This document shows, piece after piece, positions 63,327-64,000 of a stretch of 64,000 bases of DNA. The stretch comes from an uncultured candidatus Porisulfidus sp. (lineage in GTDB: Bacteria; Pseudomonadota; Gammaproteobacteria; Poriferisulfidales; Poriferisulfidaceae), in the NCBI GenBank assembly GCA_958431155.1, contig OY288106.1, positions 141,161 through 205,160 of the forward strand, read 5' to 3'. Every line of letters starts with the position of its first letter. The stretch's first letter is position 1. The notes beneath the pieces were generated by a model. That model was given only the letters and a program-made list of their open reading frames with translations. It had not been told where the DNA came from and searched no databases. The translations under genes and the position numbers were made by a program.

Positions 63327-64000
63327 ATGACCCTGCCGCGCCCCGAACAACAGGACGTCGACCCGCTGGAAACCCAGGAGTGGCTGGAAGCGCTGGACTC
63401 GGTCTTCAAGGAGGAGGGCCCGGCGCGCGCCCACTACCTGATCGAGCGCCTGCTGGACCGGGCGAGGCGCTCCGGCCTGACCATCCCCTACAGTGCGGCC
63501 ACGGCCTACCTAAACACGATTCCCGCCGCGCAGGAGGAAAGTTGTCCGGGGGACGCCGCCCTGGAGTGGCGGATCCGTTCGCTGATCCGCTGGAACGCCA
63601 TGGCGATGGTGGTGCGGGCCAACCTGGACCACCCCGGCCTCGGCGGGCACGTGGCCACGTTCGCATCGGTGGCCACCCTGTACGACGTGGGCTTCAACTA
63701 CTTCTGGCGTGCGCCGGACGAAGAACACGGTGGGGACCTGGTGTTCTTCCAGGGCCATTCGGCGCCCGGCGTCTACGCTCGCGCCTACCTGGAAGGGCGG
63801 CTCGACAAGGAGCACCTGCACCGCTTCCGCCGCGAGACCGAAGGCGGCGGCCTGTCCTCGTATCCCCATCCGTACCTGATGCCGGACTTCTGGCAGTTCC
63901 CGACCGTCTCCATGGGCCTGGGCCCGATCCAGGGGATCTACCAGGCGCGCTTCATGAAGTACCTGGACCACCGCGGTCTGCTGGGCACGGGTGACCGCAA
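63327..64000 (+). CDS. aceE: pyruvate dehydrogenase E1 component (N-terminal part, truncated by window edge)
   Basis: N-term DPLETQEWLEALDSV and YLNTIP motifs typical of homodimeric E1. Confidence 0.92.
   Translation, partial: MTLPRPEQQDVDPLETQEWLEALDSVFKEEGPARAHYLIERLLDRARRSGLTIPYSAATAYLNTIPAAQEESCPGDAALEWRIRSLIRWNAMAMVVRANLDHPGLGGHVATFASVATLYDVGFNYFWRAPDEEHGGDLVFFQGHSAPGVYARAYLEGRLDKEHLHRFRRETEGGGLSSYPHPYLMPDFWQFPTVSMGLGPIQGIYQARFMKYLDHRGLLGTGDR

Overview
High-GC, gammaproteobacterial-type chromosomal window (organism not identifiable from sequence alone), densely coding on both strands. No CRISPR array, integrase or transposase was seen.

Conserved housekeeping backbone:
- rplY(partial)-pth-ychF at the left edge.
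- tRNA-Leu(TAG) directly upstream of tig-clpP-clpX-lon-hupB, then tRNA-Val(TAC) and tRNA-Asp(GTC), then ppiD.
- clpB, proS (convergent with clpB), dapA-bamC, folE2 and the start of aceE at the right edge.

Metabolic and transport blocks:
- A complete urease cluster ureDABCEFG, plus a 52-aa UreJ/HupE-like micro-ORF after ureG, followed by the urea ABC transporter urtABCDE.
- A YejABEF-like peptide ABC importer next to fabI.
- A DAACS symporter.
- A lipoprotein amidohydrolase.
- ATP sulfurylase (sat) with a translationally coupled small membrane protein.

Two accessory modules stand out.

(1) Type IVb pilus operon, 2.4-11.5 kb. An 11-gene, translationally coupled minus-strand operon encodes a compact type IV filament machine. 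Gene order is periplasmic STN-like protein, lipoprotein secretin, GspL/BfpC-like bitopic protein, small bitopic protein, PilP/GspC-HR-like periplasmic protein, GspE-class ATPase, major pilin, GspF-class platform, minor pilin, large 291-aa minor pilin, small secreted Cys protein. This mirrors the tcpQ-C-R-D-S-T-E / bfpG-B-C-U-D-E type IVb pilus order, but with Cys-less pilins and no prepilin peptidase in the window. Upstream are a CPBP (CAAX) intramembrane protease and an XRE regulator. These are framed by two copies of a ~60-bp AT-rich near-palindromic element (GGTC-N10-GACC core) that sit exactly in the two promoter regions. This looks like a dedicated operator pair.

(2) Putative mannosyl glycosylation set, 44-53 kb. 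It comprises GDP-mannose synthesis (manC), a GT2-GtrA polyprenol-phosphate mannose synthase, two GT-C membrane glycosyltransferases (PMT_2/ArnT-like and GT22/PIG-B-like with an HPDE..Q motif), and an 847-aa TMTC-like protein (DUF1736 GT-C domain with FIWDD and HPLHVESVAW motifs, plus a long TPR array). Together these form a candidate periplasmic protein O-mannosylation-like system in a Gram-negative.

Regulatory signals:
- Sigma-32-type promoters upstream of lon and clpB, each overlapping an inverted repeat.
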